Assembly (NCBI GenBank): GCA_045637205.1
Contig: JAZTYY010000078.1
Location: 952 to 64,951, forward strand
Source: Eubacteriales bacterium
GTDB lineage: Bacteria; Bacillota; Clostridia; Oscillospirales; CAG-272
Length of the DNA: 64,000 nt
Direction of reading: 5' to 3'
The position numbers and the translations under genes are program-made. Below are positions 7,635 to 16,591 of the stretch, in pieces. How positions within the stretch are numbered: the first letter of the stretch is position 1; each line of letters starts with the position of its first letter. The notes under the pieces are model-generated. The model searched no databases and was not told where the DNA came from. It saw nothing but the letters and a program-made list of their open reading frames with translations.

Positions 7635-10160
7635 TTACTTAATTGTAGCGGTAAGATCTATTTCAAACTTAAATAGATTTCCAAACTGATTTCGTTCACC
7701 TAACAAGCGAATTCTTGAAGAATGATATTTGAGATTGTTGGCAACTATATAAAGGCCGAGACCTCTGCCCTTGGCCTTTTTAGTTTCAAATGGCTCAAAA
7801 AGTCTGTTTTCTATATCCCTACTTATACCAACTCCGTTATCATATACAACCACTATTCCCTTGCCAACGCACTCGACAGTAAATGATTTCTCTTCAACAA
7901 GCTCATTTTTCTTAGAGAAGTCTAACCAATATTCGGAATTGTTGAAAAGATTATCAAATACTTGGTTTAACATGCCGCGGTTAACAGTAACCATAAAATC
8001 ATTAGGAACGTTTATTGTATAATTGATTTCATCAGCCTTGCATCTCTCATAATAAAAACTATGATGTTCTTCTATGAATTCCTTAAACGAAAATGTTTGC
8101 TTTTCAGATCTAACAAATTTCAATCCAGGATTGAAATACGACATCTGCTTTCTGAGTGAATCCAATGCATGGTTCACATAGTGGATATGCTTAACCAAGA
8201 CATCTAATGTTATACTTTGGGTGTTAGCAATAATAGAATTGTTTTTTGTCCGTATATTTCTTATGGAAGAATCAAATTCATGCGAGAACATCTCGACAGA
8301 AATTCCCAATCCTGCCAATTCAAACAAATCCTGTAATCGCACATTGACTTTTTCAAAATCATAAGTTATAGATTCCACTTGTTGAGCAAGGAATTTTTGC
8401 GTTTCCAATAGTTGAGCATACGTATCTGACAATTGCTTAATGTTTTCATACACTTGATCAAACGAAGCCTTGGTCTCAGGTAATATGAAAGGAATTTCCT
8501 CTATCTCAGCTTTTACAGATGAACATGCCTCTAAAGTTTCACTCATTAATCTCGTTTGAGCTACAGTTCTTTCATATGTCGTTTCTAATTTGTCTTTTAC
8601 TCTCACCACGGTTGGCTCAAATGATGCAGAAGGATTGCTTGGATCCGCCGTAGTGCTTATAGCCTGCTGCAAATATTCACGCATTGCAGCATTCAATTTA
8701 TTTCGATTTTTATTAATTCTCTTTATGGAATCAGTCAGTATTTTCTTAAAAGTACGGAAATAATTGTCCTCTACGAAACCTTCACGGTTAGTAGTTTCTT
8801 TCAAAACAGAATTATGATCTCCCGTTAGGTATACACAACCTATAACACTATCGTTTCTAAAATCAAAGAATGATCCGGTTGTTTTCGAAGAAGAAGACAA
8901 TCCCAGCCAGTCACCACCATCTCCTTCACCAAACCCCTGAACAATAAATCCATCTCTAACTACTTTAATACCATGGAATCTTTCTATAAACTCTTTGTAT
9001 TCCGTCTGACTTATCAGCTCGGAGTAACTTATTAAGTGATAAAAATCATCCAAAAACGTTTTGTCTAATGTGTATTCATATATTTCACATTCAAACCGAC
9101 CAGGATCTGCGGAAGATGCGTTTCCTTTCTCGCCATAAACGAGCTCCTCAAAAAGGCATTCATCAGCTGATGTGAAAACATCTTTTTCTTCCGCATGATA
9201 ATCAAAGTGCGATAAAGTTGTTTTCCATACATTCCAAAAATCATCCAACGAGGATCTATTCATAGAGAATGCATTTTGAAGAATTTGTTTAATCATATCT
9301 CTATTATAGAAAAATGATGATGTGTAGAATGAATTTAACACACTTTTTCCCGCTTCATAGGAAATAGTATGCTTAGCTCTAGCTCGCAAAAGCAGATCCT
9401 CAAAAATCGTATCTATTGGTTCTATAGATTGACCATTAACACTAGCCAATACTCTAAAACTATTCTCTTTACTTCTAAATGGGGAAACTATTTTATTTAT
9501 ACTATTGCTAAGAATATTAATCTGTTCTTGACTATTCCAAAGATCACTATTAATTAAATCCTTTATTACAATTCGCGTATACGACTTACTATCTTCTACG
9601 CTACGCTCATTTATAGTAACCGGGATTTGATCAATAGTGGTGTTCTTTAAGAAGTCACCCCAAGGAATAGTAACCGTATATTCAATATAAGAATTCTCGG
9701 ACTTGGTAATCATCTGCATATATCTACCCAGCTTTTGAACAGACAATCGTCCTAATCCTTTGTCACCAAGTGGATAGCGATGATATTTAGGTGTTGTTTT
9801 TTTCTCCTTTTTCATTTTCTTCTTGGGAGAATTGGACAACGTCAACCAGCCATTAACGATCGTCTGCAAATCCATTCCGCATCCGTTATCTGCAAGCTCT
9901 ATTTTACCCCGACATGAAATTTCGTTTATAATTTCCTCGTAGTTGGTATCAATAGTCAAGGAACAAAACTTCGCATCTGCATCGTATGCATTTTTAATCA
10001 ACTCTGATAATGCTGTAACTTCATCAGCAATCAAAGATTCTCCAAGCTTGTAAATTAGAGATGCATGAACACGAAACACCGCCGTCTTTTCATCAAACTT
10101 AGACACATCAGATTCGTAATAATCAGAGTTGCTATCAAACAATGAAAGTTGATCATTCAT
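7635..10160 (-). CDS. dual GHKL ATPase: N-terminal MORC/Hsp90/MutL-like HATPase_c_3 module plus C-terminal histidine-kinase core (H-box + HATPase_c)
   Basis: N-terminal module: ELIKNAYDA (N57), DNGCGM (91-96), GDKGLGR (132-138). C-terminal module: MFSHEF (H627), FDNLFNNSEYW (N-box), YDNGVGI (G1), FEPF (F-box), GRGLGLY (G2). The ATG overlaps the MTase stop by 8 nt. Confidence 0.65.
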   Translation of the reverse strand: MNDQLSLFDSNSDYYESDVSKFDEKTAVFRVHASLIYKLGESLIADEVTALSELIKNAYDADAKFCSLTIDTNYEEIINEISCRGKIELADNGCGMDLQTIVNGWLTLSNSPKKKMKKEKKTTPKYHRYPLGDKGLGRLSVQKLGRYMQMITKSENSYIEYTVTIPWGDFLKNTTIDQIPVTINERSVEDSKSYTRIVIKDLINSDLWNSQEQINILSNSINKIVSPFRSKENSFRVLASVNGQSIEPIDTIFEDLLLRARAKHTISYEAGKSVLNSFYTSSFFYNRDMIKQILQNAFSMNRSSLDDFWNVWKTTLSHFDYHAEEKDVFTSADECLFEELVYGEKGNASSADPGRFECEIYEYTLDKTFLDDFYHLISYSELISQTEYKEFIERFHGIKVVRDGFIVQGFGEGDGGDWLGLSSSSKTTGSFFDFRNDSVIGCVYLTGDHNSVLKETTNREGFVEDNYFRTFKKILTDSIKRINKNRNKLNAAMREYLQQAISTTADPSNPSASFEPTVVRVKDKLETTYERTVAQTRLMSETLEACSSVKAEIEEIPFILPETKASFDQVYENIKQLSDTYAQLLETQKFLAQQVESITYDFEKVNVRLQDLFELAGLGISVEMFSHEFDSSIRNIRTKNNSIIANTQSITLDVLVKHIHYVNHALDSLRKQMSYFNPGLKFVRSEKQTFSFKEFIEEHHSFYYERCKADEINYTINVPNDFMVTVNRGMLNQVFDNLFNNSEYWLDFSKKNELVEEKSFTVECVGKGIVVVYDNGVGISRDIENRLFEPFETKKAKGRGLGLYIVANNLKYHSSRIRLLGERNQFGNLFKFEIDLTATIK

Positions 10161-11532
10161 TTATCGTTTCCTCCCTTGTAAAAACTAATATATGTTCTCG
10201 AGTCATAGTCGTTTGAGATGCTTGTTCATCCCCTGTATAAGCACTTATTTCGGGCATTCTCTTGTTCAAGATTTTTCTTGAGAAACTTGTAACCGGCGCC
10301 ATATTATAGTGAGCCGCTAATTCTACCATTATATTATTCATATAAATCTCTTGTTTTGCTATTTTCCTATTTCCCAAAGTCCACACTGATACAGCTCCGG
10401 ATTTCATTCTATTAGAAATAGCTGAAAGGAAATTATCATAATCACTATAAAATGCCACCATTTTATTTACTTGCTTTTCTGCGTGTTCTCTAATATAGTC
10501 ACGCTGTTGTTTTAATGTTGCAGATCGGAGCAATACGCGTTCTCTTTCTACGGTCATTGAGCTTTTGGTTGATTTTCCTCCCAAAGATACATTATCTATA
10601 CCATAAAGCGTGGCCAAGACCGTCTCATCAAAATTATCATCTATATCCAAACAATTTATCCACCTCAAAGGCATAACTGAATATTGGCCATATGAAACGG
10701 TAGTATGATTATCCCCATATGGAGGTGATGTTAATATCAAATCAAATTTTCGTCTGGTTTTCTTCAAATATTGAATAGAATCTCCTAAAACAATCTGAAC
10801 ATCGCCCTTATATCTATTCCCTTCTTTCTTTATATATCCAGATTTATTTAATGTGTTATAAAACGAAATGTATTTTTCCACATTAAAATCTAGGGTATTA
10901 TAAAAAATTTCTATTGCATCTTTATCGTAATTCTCAATGTCCTTTTCTTCTTTTATATGCAATTTGTAAGTACAATCTCTTGAATTAGATACGATTCGAA
11001 CAACCTCGCAAAACGTTGCCCAAAAGAAACGTCTAAACACAACATCGGTTTCTTTTAATATGTTGAGACGAATCAACGACAAATCTGCTATTGCCTTTTC
11101 TGTAAACCATTTATCTATACCATTAAAGCTGTGCTTAGGAACATCATTTGCAAATGTAGCTATAGATTGTTTCAAGGCTTCTGATTTTTGCTGTAATGTC
11201 TTAATCTCAACAATCGTTGTTTTTACTTTGCACAAAAGAATCGCTAACGGATTTACATCAACACCAACTATGTCTAATCCTCGCAACATACCTTCTACTA
11301 GAATAGTTCCAGATCCTGCAAAAGGATCTAACAAACAAGGCTTTGGGTTTTCCAAATTCAAGAGACAGACATCCAATATTTCCCTTTGCATCTTTGGAAC
11401 CATCATCGCCGGATAGGTACAAAAACCATGTACATAATCTCTTTCGCTTTTACTATTGCCCCTATAATCCCAGTGATCCTCTGATTCCAGTGTTAATTGA
11501 TTGAATTTTGTTTTCAAATTTTCTATACTCAT
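10153..11532 (-). CDS. DNA methyltransferase, amino-MTase type (N6-adenine or N4-cytosine)
   Basis: TYPAMMVPKM...LLDPFAGSGT (AdoMet motif) lies about 200 aa before LILTSPPYGD (catalytic SPPY). ATG at 11532 (MSIENL) has a GGTGGA RBS. The track start at 11553 has none. Confidence 0.75.
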   Translation of the reverse strand: MSIENLKTKFNQLTLESEDHWDYRGNSKSERDYVHGFCTYPAMMVPKMQREILDVCLLNLENPKPCLLDPFAGSGTILVEGMLRGLDIVGVDVNPLAILLCKVKTTIVEIKTLQQKSEALKQSIATFANDVPKHSFNGIDKWFTEKAIADLSLIRLNILKETDVVFRRFFWATFCEVVRIVSNSRDCTYKLHIKEEKDIENYDKDAIEIFYNTLDFNVEKYISFYNTLNKSGYIKKEGNRYKGDVQIVLGDSIQYLKKTRRKFDLILTSPPYGDNHTTVSYGQYSVMPLRWINCLDIDDNFDETVLATLYGIDNVSLGGKSTKSSMTVERERVLLRSATLKQQRDYIREHAEKQVNKMVAFYSDYDNFLSAISNRMKSGAVSVWTLGNRKIAKQEIYMNNIMVELAAHYNMAPVTSFSRKILNKRMPEISAYTGDEQASQTTMTREHILVFTREETINE

Positions 11533-11669
11533 TTTTTCCACCACAAGAAACATCGACTATAGTGATGTCGATAATTCTTTTGCCTTCTCTCTATTCTTCG
11601 GGAATGTATTACAGTTGATAACCAATATATGCGCCAATCAAGAAGTTCGTTGAATAGCACACAAACACC

Positions 11670-12056
11670 TTATTTAAATATTTCTGATATAGTTCTCAAT
11701 ATTTCTTGGTCTGCCGGGCAGAACTCGAAATTCGGTATTTCACTCGCTGCGATCCATTTAATATCGTTGTGTTCTAATTTTTGCGGTTCACCTTTGGATA
11801 TGGTAGCGTTGAATAATGTTAGATGTACTGTCAAGTCGGGATACTCATGGACTACATCCATAAATATGTCACCAACAGATAGCGTCACCCGAAGCTCTTC
11901 TCTACAGTCGCGAATTAGCGCTTGCTCTTTTGTTTCTCCTGGCTCGACCTTGCCACCAACGAACTCCCAAAGAAGTCCTCTCGCCTTGTGAGCCGGACGT
12001 TGGCAAATCATAAATTTATTGTTTTTCCATATAAGAGCTGCAACAACTTCTGTCAT
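11670..12056 (-). CDS. NUDIX hydrolase, MutT/NudG-like
   Basis: Nudix box GGKVEPGETKEQALIRDCREELRV. ATG at 12056 is preceded by GGAGGTG. The longer track start is TTG. Confidence 0.85.
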   Translation of the reverse strand: MTEVVAALIWKNNKFMICQRPAHKARGLLWEFVGGKVEPGETKEQALIRDCREELRVTLSVGDIFMDVVHEYPDLTVHLTLFNATISKGEPQKLEHNDIKWIAASEIPNFEFCPADQEILRTISEIFK

Positions 12057-12092
12057 GCCAACACCTCCAAGCAAGTATTTCAAATCGTCCTA

Positions 12093-12995
12093 TCAAATCT
12101 TCTTAAAGAAATCTACATCAATTTCATATGTAGTAATCGGTTTGACTCCAATCCCATATTCAGCAATCTTATTTATGAATTCTTCTCCATCGATAAGATC
12201 AATTTGCTGCTTGCCAGGATTTGATGCCTCTTCTTTAGCTGCTTTTGAAAAAGAACCTGTAGTAATCATAACACCCTTTTCAATATCGGTCGTCAAGGAT
12301 CCACGAAAATCACGAATTTCGCCTGCTCCAACTAAACCTTTATACCTTTTGCATTGAAAAGCAACGTTAAAACTGAAAATACCGTTAATTCGCAGTTTTC
12401 CTGTTCCATCAATTCCACCGTCTCCAGACTTCTTAGTAACCTCTACCTGAGAAAAACCACATTCTCGAAGCAATCTTTGAGATAATCTTTCAAAGGCATA
12501 TGGATCCATGTTTTGAAGTACTTCTGCTAGTTGTTCTCTCCATGGCTTTGCCTCGTCAGGATATTCCGCATAATCGTTTGTAGGATCATCATCCTCAGGA
12601 ACGTTTCTTGCGACCCACGGAGCGTTTTGGGCTGCCTTATTGCCGGACTTATTTCGATTATTCTGTACTACTGAATCAACAATAACTTTGCTGTCAATTG
12701 TATCAACCGAAACATAATCCGGTCTAATTGTCCAAACGCCTCTAGCACTATTCTCAATTACTCCGTAAAGTCTAAGGTAGGTACGTGCCCAATCTGCTTG
12801 ATAGGATAGCTCAGATTTATTAGTTCGTCCCTTGTGCAAAATATCAACCACTTCATCGGGAATTTTCATGTCCAAAATAATCTGATCCAATATTTCTTCA
12901 TTCTTTCCCGATCCACCAAGCTTCTTTAAAGCAATGAAAGTGGGAAGTATAAGCTGACCATATCTAGGAATTCTTTTATCTATCTTTTGTCTCAT
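12093..12995 (-). CDS. mrr: Mrr-family type IV (modification-dependent) restriction endonuclease
   Basis: N-terminal Mrr_N-like winged helix (ILPTFIALKKLGGSG...). C-terminal Mrr_cat: FERL...LL...GF..V.VT.KSGDGGIDG.G...FQCKRY...VG..EIRDF.G. AGGAG RBS. Confidence 0.85.
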   Translation of the reverse strand: MRQKIDKRIPRYGQLILPTFIALKKLGGSGKNEEILDQIILDMKIPDEVVDILHKGRTNKSELSYQADWARTYLRLYGVIENSARGVWTIRPDYVSVDTIDSKVIVDSVVQNNRNKSGNKAAQNAPWVARNVPEDDDPTNDYAEYPDEAKPWREQLAEVLQNMDPYAFERLSQRLLRECGFSQVEVTKKSGDGGIDGTGKLRINGIFSFNVAFQCKRYKGLVGAGEIRDFRGSLTTDIEKGVMITTGSFSKAAKEEASNPGKQQIDLIDGEEFINKIAEYGIGVKPITTYEIDVDFFKKI

Positions 12996-13107
12996 ACATT
13001 ACTCCTGATTTAATAAAAAGTTATTGTGCAAATTAAACCCAAGTTACTTAAAAGCAAAATCTGTTACTTGAATTTTTATTAAAAGACACAGACCTTTTAT
13101 ATTTTCC

Positions 13108-14082
13108 TTAAAATTGATTATTTTCTCTCAACAACTCACATAGCTGATGTGCTACGTACCAAAACATTACGGGAGGAATTGCATTTCCTAACGCCCTATA
13201 CTGAGCACCTTCTACTCCAACCAACTTAAATGTTTCGGGAAAAGATTGAATCCTCGCAACCTCACGTGGTGTAAATCTTCTGTATCTGCCACCATCTAAC
13301 AATACAGGATCAGTGCTATTCAAAGACACCTTTGCTAAGTGCGAACCAACCGTATTGCAAGGTTTATTCAAGTCTTGAGCTGTGCCCTTGTTCATATCTC
13401 TCTTGGCTGCTCTCATTCCCTGAACTGCTTTTTCGCTAAAGAAGTATTTTTCGTCAACTTGGTTCTCTACCACATCGCCAAGAACAGCATAATCATATTC
13501 CACAAGCACATCCTCGGGAAATTCGTATTTAAATCCGAGATCATTTCGAATTCCAACGATAATTACACGTTCTCTCTTTTGCGGAACTCCAAAGGCAGCA
13601 GCATTGATAAGCTTATGTGTTACCTGATAACCTGATTTTTCAAATTCGCTTATAATAAGCGGAAATGCTTCACCCTTATTTGCCGACAATAATCCTTTAA
13701 CATTTTCTGCTATAAAACACTTCGGCTGCTTTTCTCTCAAAATTCTACACATTTCGAAGAACAGCATTCCACGCTCATCTTTGTATCCAAGTCTTTTAGG
13801 ATTTTGTGCAACAATCGAAAAAGATTGACACGGGAATCCGCCCGTAAGTACATCTATTTCAGGAATCTCTGATGCCGGGACAGTTCTAATATCTCGTCTA
13901 TCCGGAATCACACCAAAATTCTCCTCAAATATACGGCAGGCACTTTCCTCTATATCATTTGCATAAACAATTTCCATTGGATTCTTGGTATAATTATCGC
14001 CAAGAAAATCAAAGCCACCAAGCAATCCAACATCCGTTCCTCCGCAACCGCAGAAGAGCGATGCAACCTTTAAGCTCGCCAT
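13108..14082 (-). CDS. DNA (cytosine-5)-methyltransferase (M2)
   Basis: Motifs LFCGCGG (I), GGFPCQSFS (IV), ENVKGL (VI), QKRERVIIVG (VIII), GNAIPP (X). The ATG overlaps the endonuclease stop by 13 nt. Confidence 0.9.
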   Translation of the reverse strand: MASLKVASLFCGCGGTDVGLLGGFDFLGDNYTKNPMEIVYANDIEESACRIFEENFGVIPDRRDIRTVPASEIPEIDVLTGGFPCQSFSIVAQNPKRLGYKDERGMLFFEMCRILREKQPKCFIAENVKGLLSANKGEAFPLIISEFEKSGYQVTHKLINAAAFGVPQKRERVIIVGIRNDLGFKYEFPEDVLVEYDYAVLGDVVENQVDEKYFFSEKAVQGMRAAKRDMNKGTAQDLNKPCNTVGSHLAKVSLNSTDPVLLDGGRYRRFTPREVARIQSFPETFKLVGVEGAQYRALGNAIPPVMFWYVAHQLCELLRENNQF

Positions 14083-15539
14083 GTTAACAACTCCTCAAAC
14101 GCCCCAACAACCTTGGGATCAAATGTAATATCTGCACCATCTGTCGGAATCATATCGATCATATCCTTTTTATAAAGTCCAACGGGATCTTGCAGTAGGA
14201 ACAACTTTCTTTCGCCTTTGCTTATCATCAAACGATATACATAATAACGATCACGAGTGCTATTCGCAGTATTCCACTCGTTTTTAGTCAAATGAATCTT
14301 GTTGAAATGCAAGGGCTTTGCGCTGATTGTGGTCTTTACTTCAATATAGCGCTTTCTTTCATCAAGCTCAACAGAGCTGATATCATATCCAACTGCAAAT
14401 TGTGTAGGAATACGCTTTATCAGATGGATAAGATCTTCACGACCACCAATTTTGATTCTCATGCACTCATGGCCATGAACAAGATTCTCTCCAATATCAC
14501 CGATGTCCTTGGTAGTGAAATCATCAACGCCTGCTCTTAAGCGTTCGCCTATGATTTCTTCGCTCTTGATCTTTTCTTTTTCTATCGCCTCAGTATCACT
14601 CAATTCCTCTGCTCCGCTCTTCAAAGCGGTGAGCTCTTCGGCATCGGCTGCAATATATGCAAGAATATCCGTAGAGAAATCTGTATCAGACATGTCACGA
14701 TTCACGAAGTTAAACCAGCCGATTTTGCAATCATTTATTGCTTCGAGTGTTCCTGACTTAGCTTTGATCATAACATCATATTGATTGAACCATTCAGTCG
14801 ATTCAACAAATTTTATAATAGCATCTTCTTCAAGAGAATTGAGATAATATGTTCTGCTATCGTACGTAACCAGAAGGTTGGCAATCTCCATGTAATCGAC
14901 GATATCGCCTGCATAGCGAATCACATCGCCTGTCTGATCATATGTTAATCCCAATCTGCGGTTTTCCTTAATTCGATTCCATGTCAAAGCAACATCTTCA
15001 TTATCACGAGTGCATCTCAAATCGTTAAATACGCAATGGCAGATCTCAAATTTTGTTAGACCGATATTCTTTCCTTCTTCTGAACACGCATGCTTCAACA
15101 ATTTGAGAATATACTGTGCCGGTTTGAAATGAATTCCATGCTCAATCTGTTCTAACACAGCATGAGATTTTATATGTGCGCCGGGATATTGGAAGCTATA
15201 GAGATACGCCTTGAAAAACTCGACCAAGTCTTGTTTTTCTGCCAACTCAATAGCACGTCTGCCGGGCTTAGCGGTAGATTCATTTTGCTGAATAAAACCG
15301 AACAGGGAGGAGATTTCCGTTCTCCAGTTATTGATTGTTTTCAGTTCTCTGTGTGCGTTTCCGGGATATCTATAGATCGCAGCATTTATTTTAGAGACAA
15401 ACTCATCAACGGGCAATTCCCCTATTGCGGTCAATTCTTCTGCAAAATATATGAGTACATTTTCAATATCGCCTTTGAATCTAGGGCGGACATGATGTAT
15501 GCGAAAATAATATTCACTTGGAATACTGTATTCACTCAT
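14070..15539 (-). CDS. putative type II restriction endonuclease with a DUF3883-type PD-(D/E)xK C-terminal domain
   Basis: C-terminus GYDISSVELDE.KRYIEVKTT.....F..IHLTKNEW..A.....RYYVYRL is DUF3883-like. The gene is sandwiched between two m5C MTases with gaps of 2 nt or less, or overlaps. Confidence 0.6.
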   Translation of the reverse strand: MSEYSIPSEYYFRIHHVRPRFKGDIENVLIYFAEELTAIGELPVDEFVSKINAAIYRYPGNAHRELKTINNWRTEISSLFGFIQQNESTAKPGRRAIELAEKQDLVEFFKAYLYSFQYPGAHIKSHAVLEQIEHGIHFKPAQYILKLLKHACSEEGKNIGLTKFEICHCVFNDLRCTRDNEDVALTWNRIKENRRLGLTYDQTGDVIRYAGDIVDYMEIANLLVTYDSRTYYLNSLEEDAIIKFVESTEWFNQYDVMIKAKSGTLEAINDCKIGWFNFVNRDMSDTDFSTDILAYIAADAEELTALKSGAEELSDTEAIEKEKIKSEEIIGERLRAGVDDFTTKDIGDIGENLVHGHECMRIKIGGREDLIHLIKRIPTQFAVGYDISSVELDERKRYIEVKTTISAKPLHFNKIHLTKNEWNTANSTRDRYYVYRLMISKGERKLFLLQDPVGLYKKDMIDMIPTDGADITFDPKVVGAFEELLTWRA

Positions 15540-15541
15540 AA

Positions 15542-16591
15542 TTAATCCTCCAATGCTTTTTCAAGCTGTTTTGCGATACATTCTGCCATAAGGGGCGGAA
15601 CCGCATTACCTACTTGTCTAAACTGTTGTGTTTTGTTACCTATGAATACAAAATCATCCGGGAACGACTGTATTCTCGCACATTCTCTTACGGTAGGAAC
15701 GCGATTGTACTTGTAATGGAAATGATGTCTATGTCCTGTGTCAATAGTCGGCGCAGGCTTTTGACTTGCAAATCGAGTCCATGCCACATGGAAGTTACGG
15801 CTGCTTCTATACTCTTCAGGCAAATCACGATAATTTCCACCATCGGGAACAAGAGAGATAATATGCTGTACTTTTTCCGAATGCGTAGCTGCAACATGGT
15901 TGTATACTTTGCGTGATTTCTCTCTCATGGTTTTTTGATATGCATTCTGTGGAGCAAATACATATTCTTGTTCTTCTTCACCCAATTCATCCGTAAGAGA
16001 TGGCAAATCAGAAAGAGCCATTTCGCAAGTCACAACATAATCAAGCGCGTCAGGATAGAAGAATTCGCTCTCGCCATTCTTCATTCCAACAAACACTACT
16101 CTCTTGCGATTTTGAGGCACACCATAATCCGCAGCACAGAGTATCTGATATTTAACCGTATATCCAAGCTCAGTAAAACGCTTGATGATATTATCTTTTA
16201 CTTCTCCGTTAAACAAGCCAACCAATCCCGGAACATTTTCAATAACAAATGCTCTAGGCTTGATTTCTTCTACCAAGCGTATGTAACTCAAATAAAGCTT
16301 GTTTCTCGGATCATTGAAGTTGCGAGGACCAGAAAGAGAAAATCCCTGACAAGGAGGGCCTCCAATAATAACATCAATGGTTTTATCGCCAATTACATTC
16401 TTGATATCAGCGTATCCGATTTCTGTGATATCACCACATATAGACTTTGCGCCATTATGGTTCGCTTCAAAGGTTTCAAGTGCTTTTTTATCATTGTCTA
16501 TTCCAAGGACTATGTTAAAGCCTGCGCGTTCAAATCCACATGACAATCCGCCTGCTCCGCAGAACAAATCTAATACATTATATTTAATCAT
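15542..16591 (-). CDS. DNA (cytosine-5)-methyltransferase (M1)
   Basis: Motifs LFCGAGG (I), GGPPCQGFS (IV), ENVPGL (VI), QNRKRVVFVG (VIII), TVRECARIQSFPD, GNAVPP (X). ATG at 16591 overlaps the HTH gene stop by 8 nt. Confidence 0.9.
   Translation of the reverse strand: MIKYNVLDLFCGAGGLSCGFERAGFNIVLGIDNDKKALETFEANHNGAKSICGDITEIGYADIKNVIGDKTIDVIIGGPPCQGFSLSGPRNFNDPRNKLYLSYIRLVEEIKPRAFVIENVPGLVGLFNGEVKDNIIKRFTELGYTVKYQILCAADYGVPQNRKRVVFVGMKNGESEFFYPDALDYVVTCEMALSDLPSLTDELGEEEQEYVFAPQNAYQKTMREKSRKVYNHVAATHSEKVQHIISLVPDGGNYRDLPEEYRSSRNFHVAWTRFASQKPAPTIDTGHRHHFHYKYNRVPTVRECARIQSFPDDFVFIGNKTQQFRQVGNAVPPLMAECIAKQLEKALED

Noticed and set aside
5862-11553. Canonical Detocs, BREX, DISARM or the Mza/Z1-AIPR type cluster as the identity of the MTase/GHKL/REC trio
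   Set aside because: There is no PNP effector or stand-alone buffer receiver (Detocs). There is no PglZ/BrxC/BrxL (BREX). There is no helicase/DUF1998/PLD (DISARM). There is no Z1 or AIPR protein. Only the general logic is shared.
11533-11669. A dedicated promoter for the MTase/kinase/receiver trio
   Set aside because: Only weak candidates were found (e.g. TG-TAATAC without a -35, and TTGATT with a poor -10). None approaches the consensus promoters seen elsewhere in the window, so none was annotated.
13043-13070. GTTACTTA / GTTACTTG direct repeat (20-nt spacing) upstream of mrr as another copy of the YTACGCA operator
   Set aside because: It shares only GTTAC with the YTACGCA motif. It has two copies rather than three, and different spacing. 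That is insufficient to link it to the other clusters.
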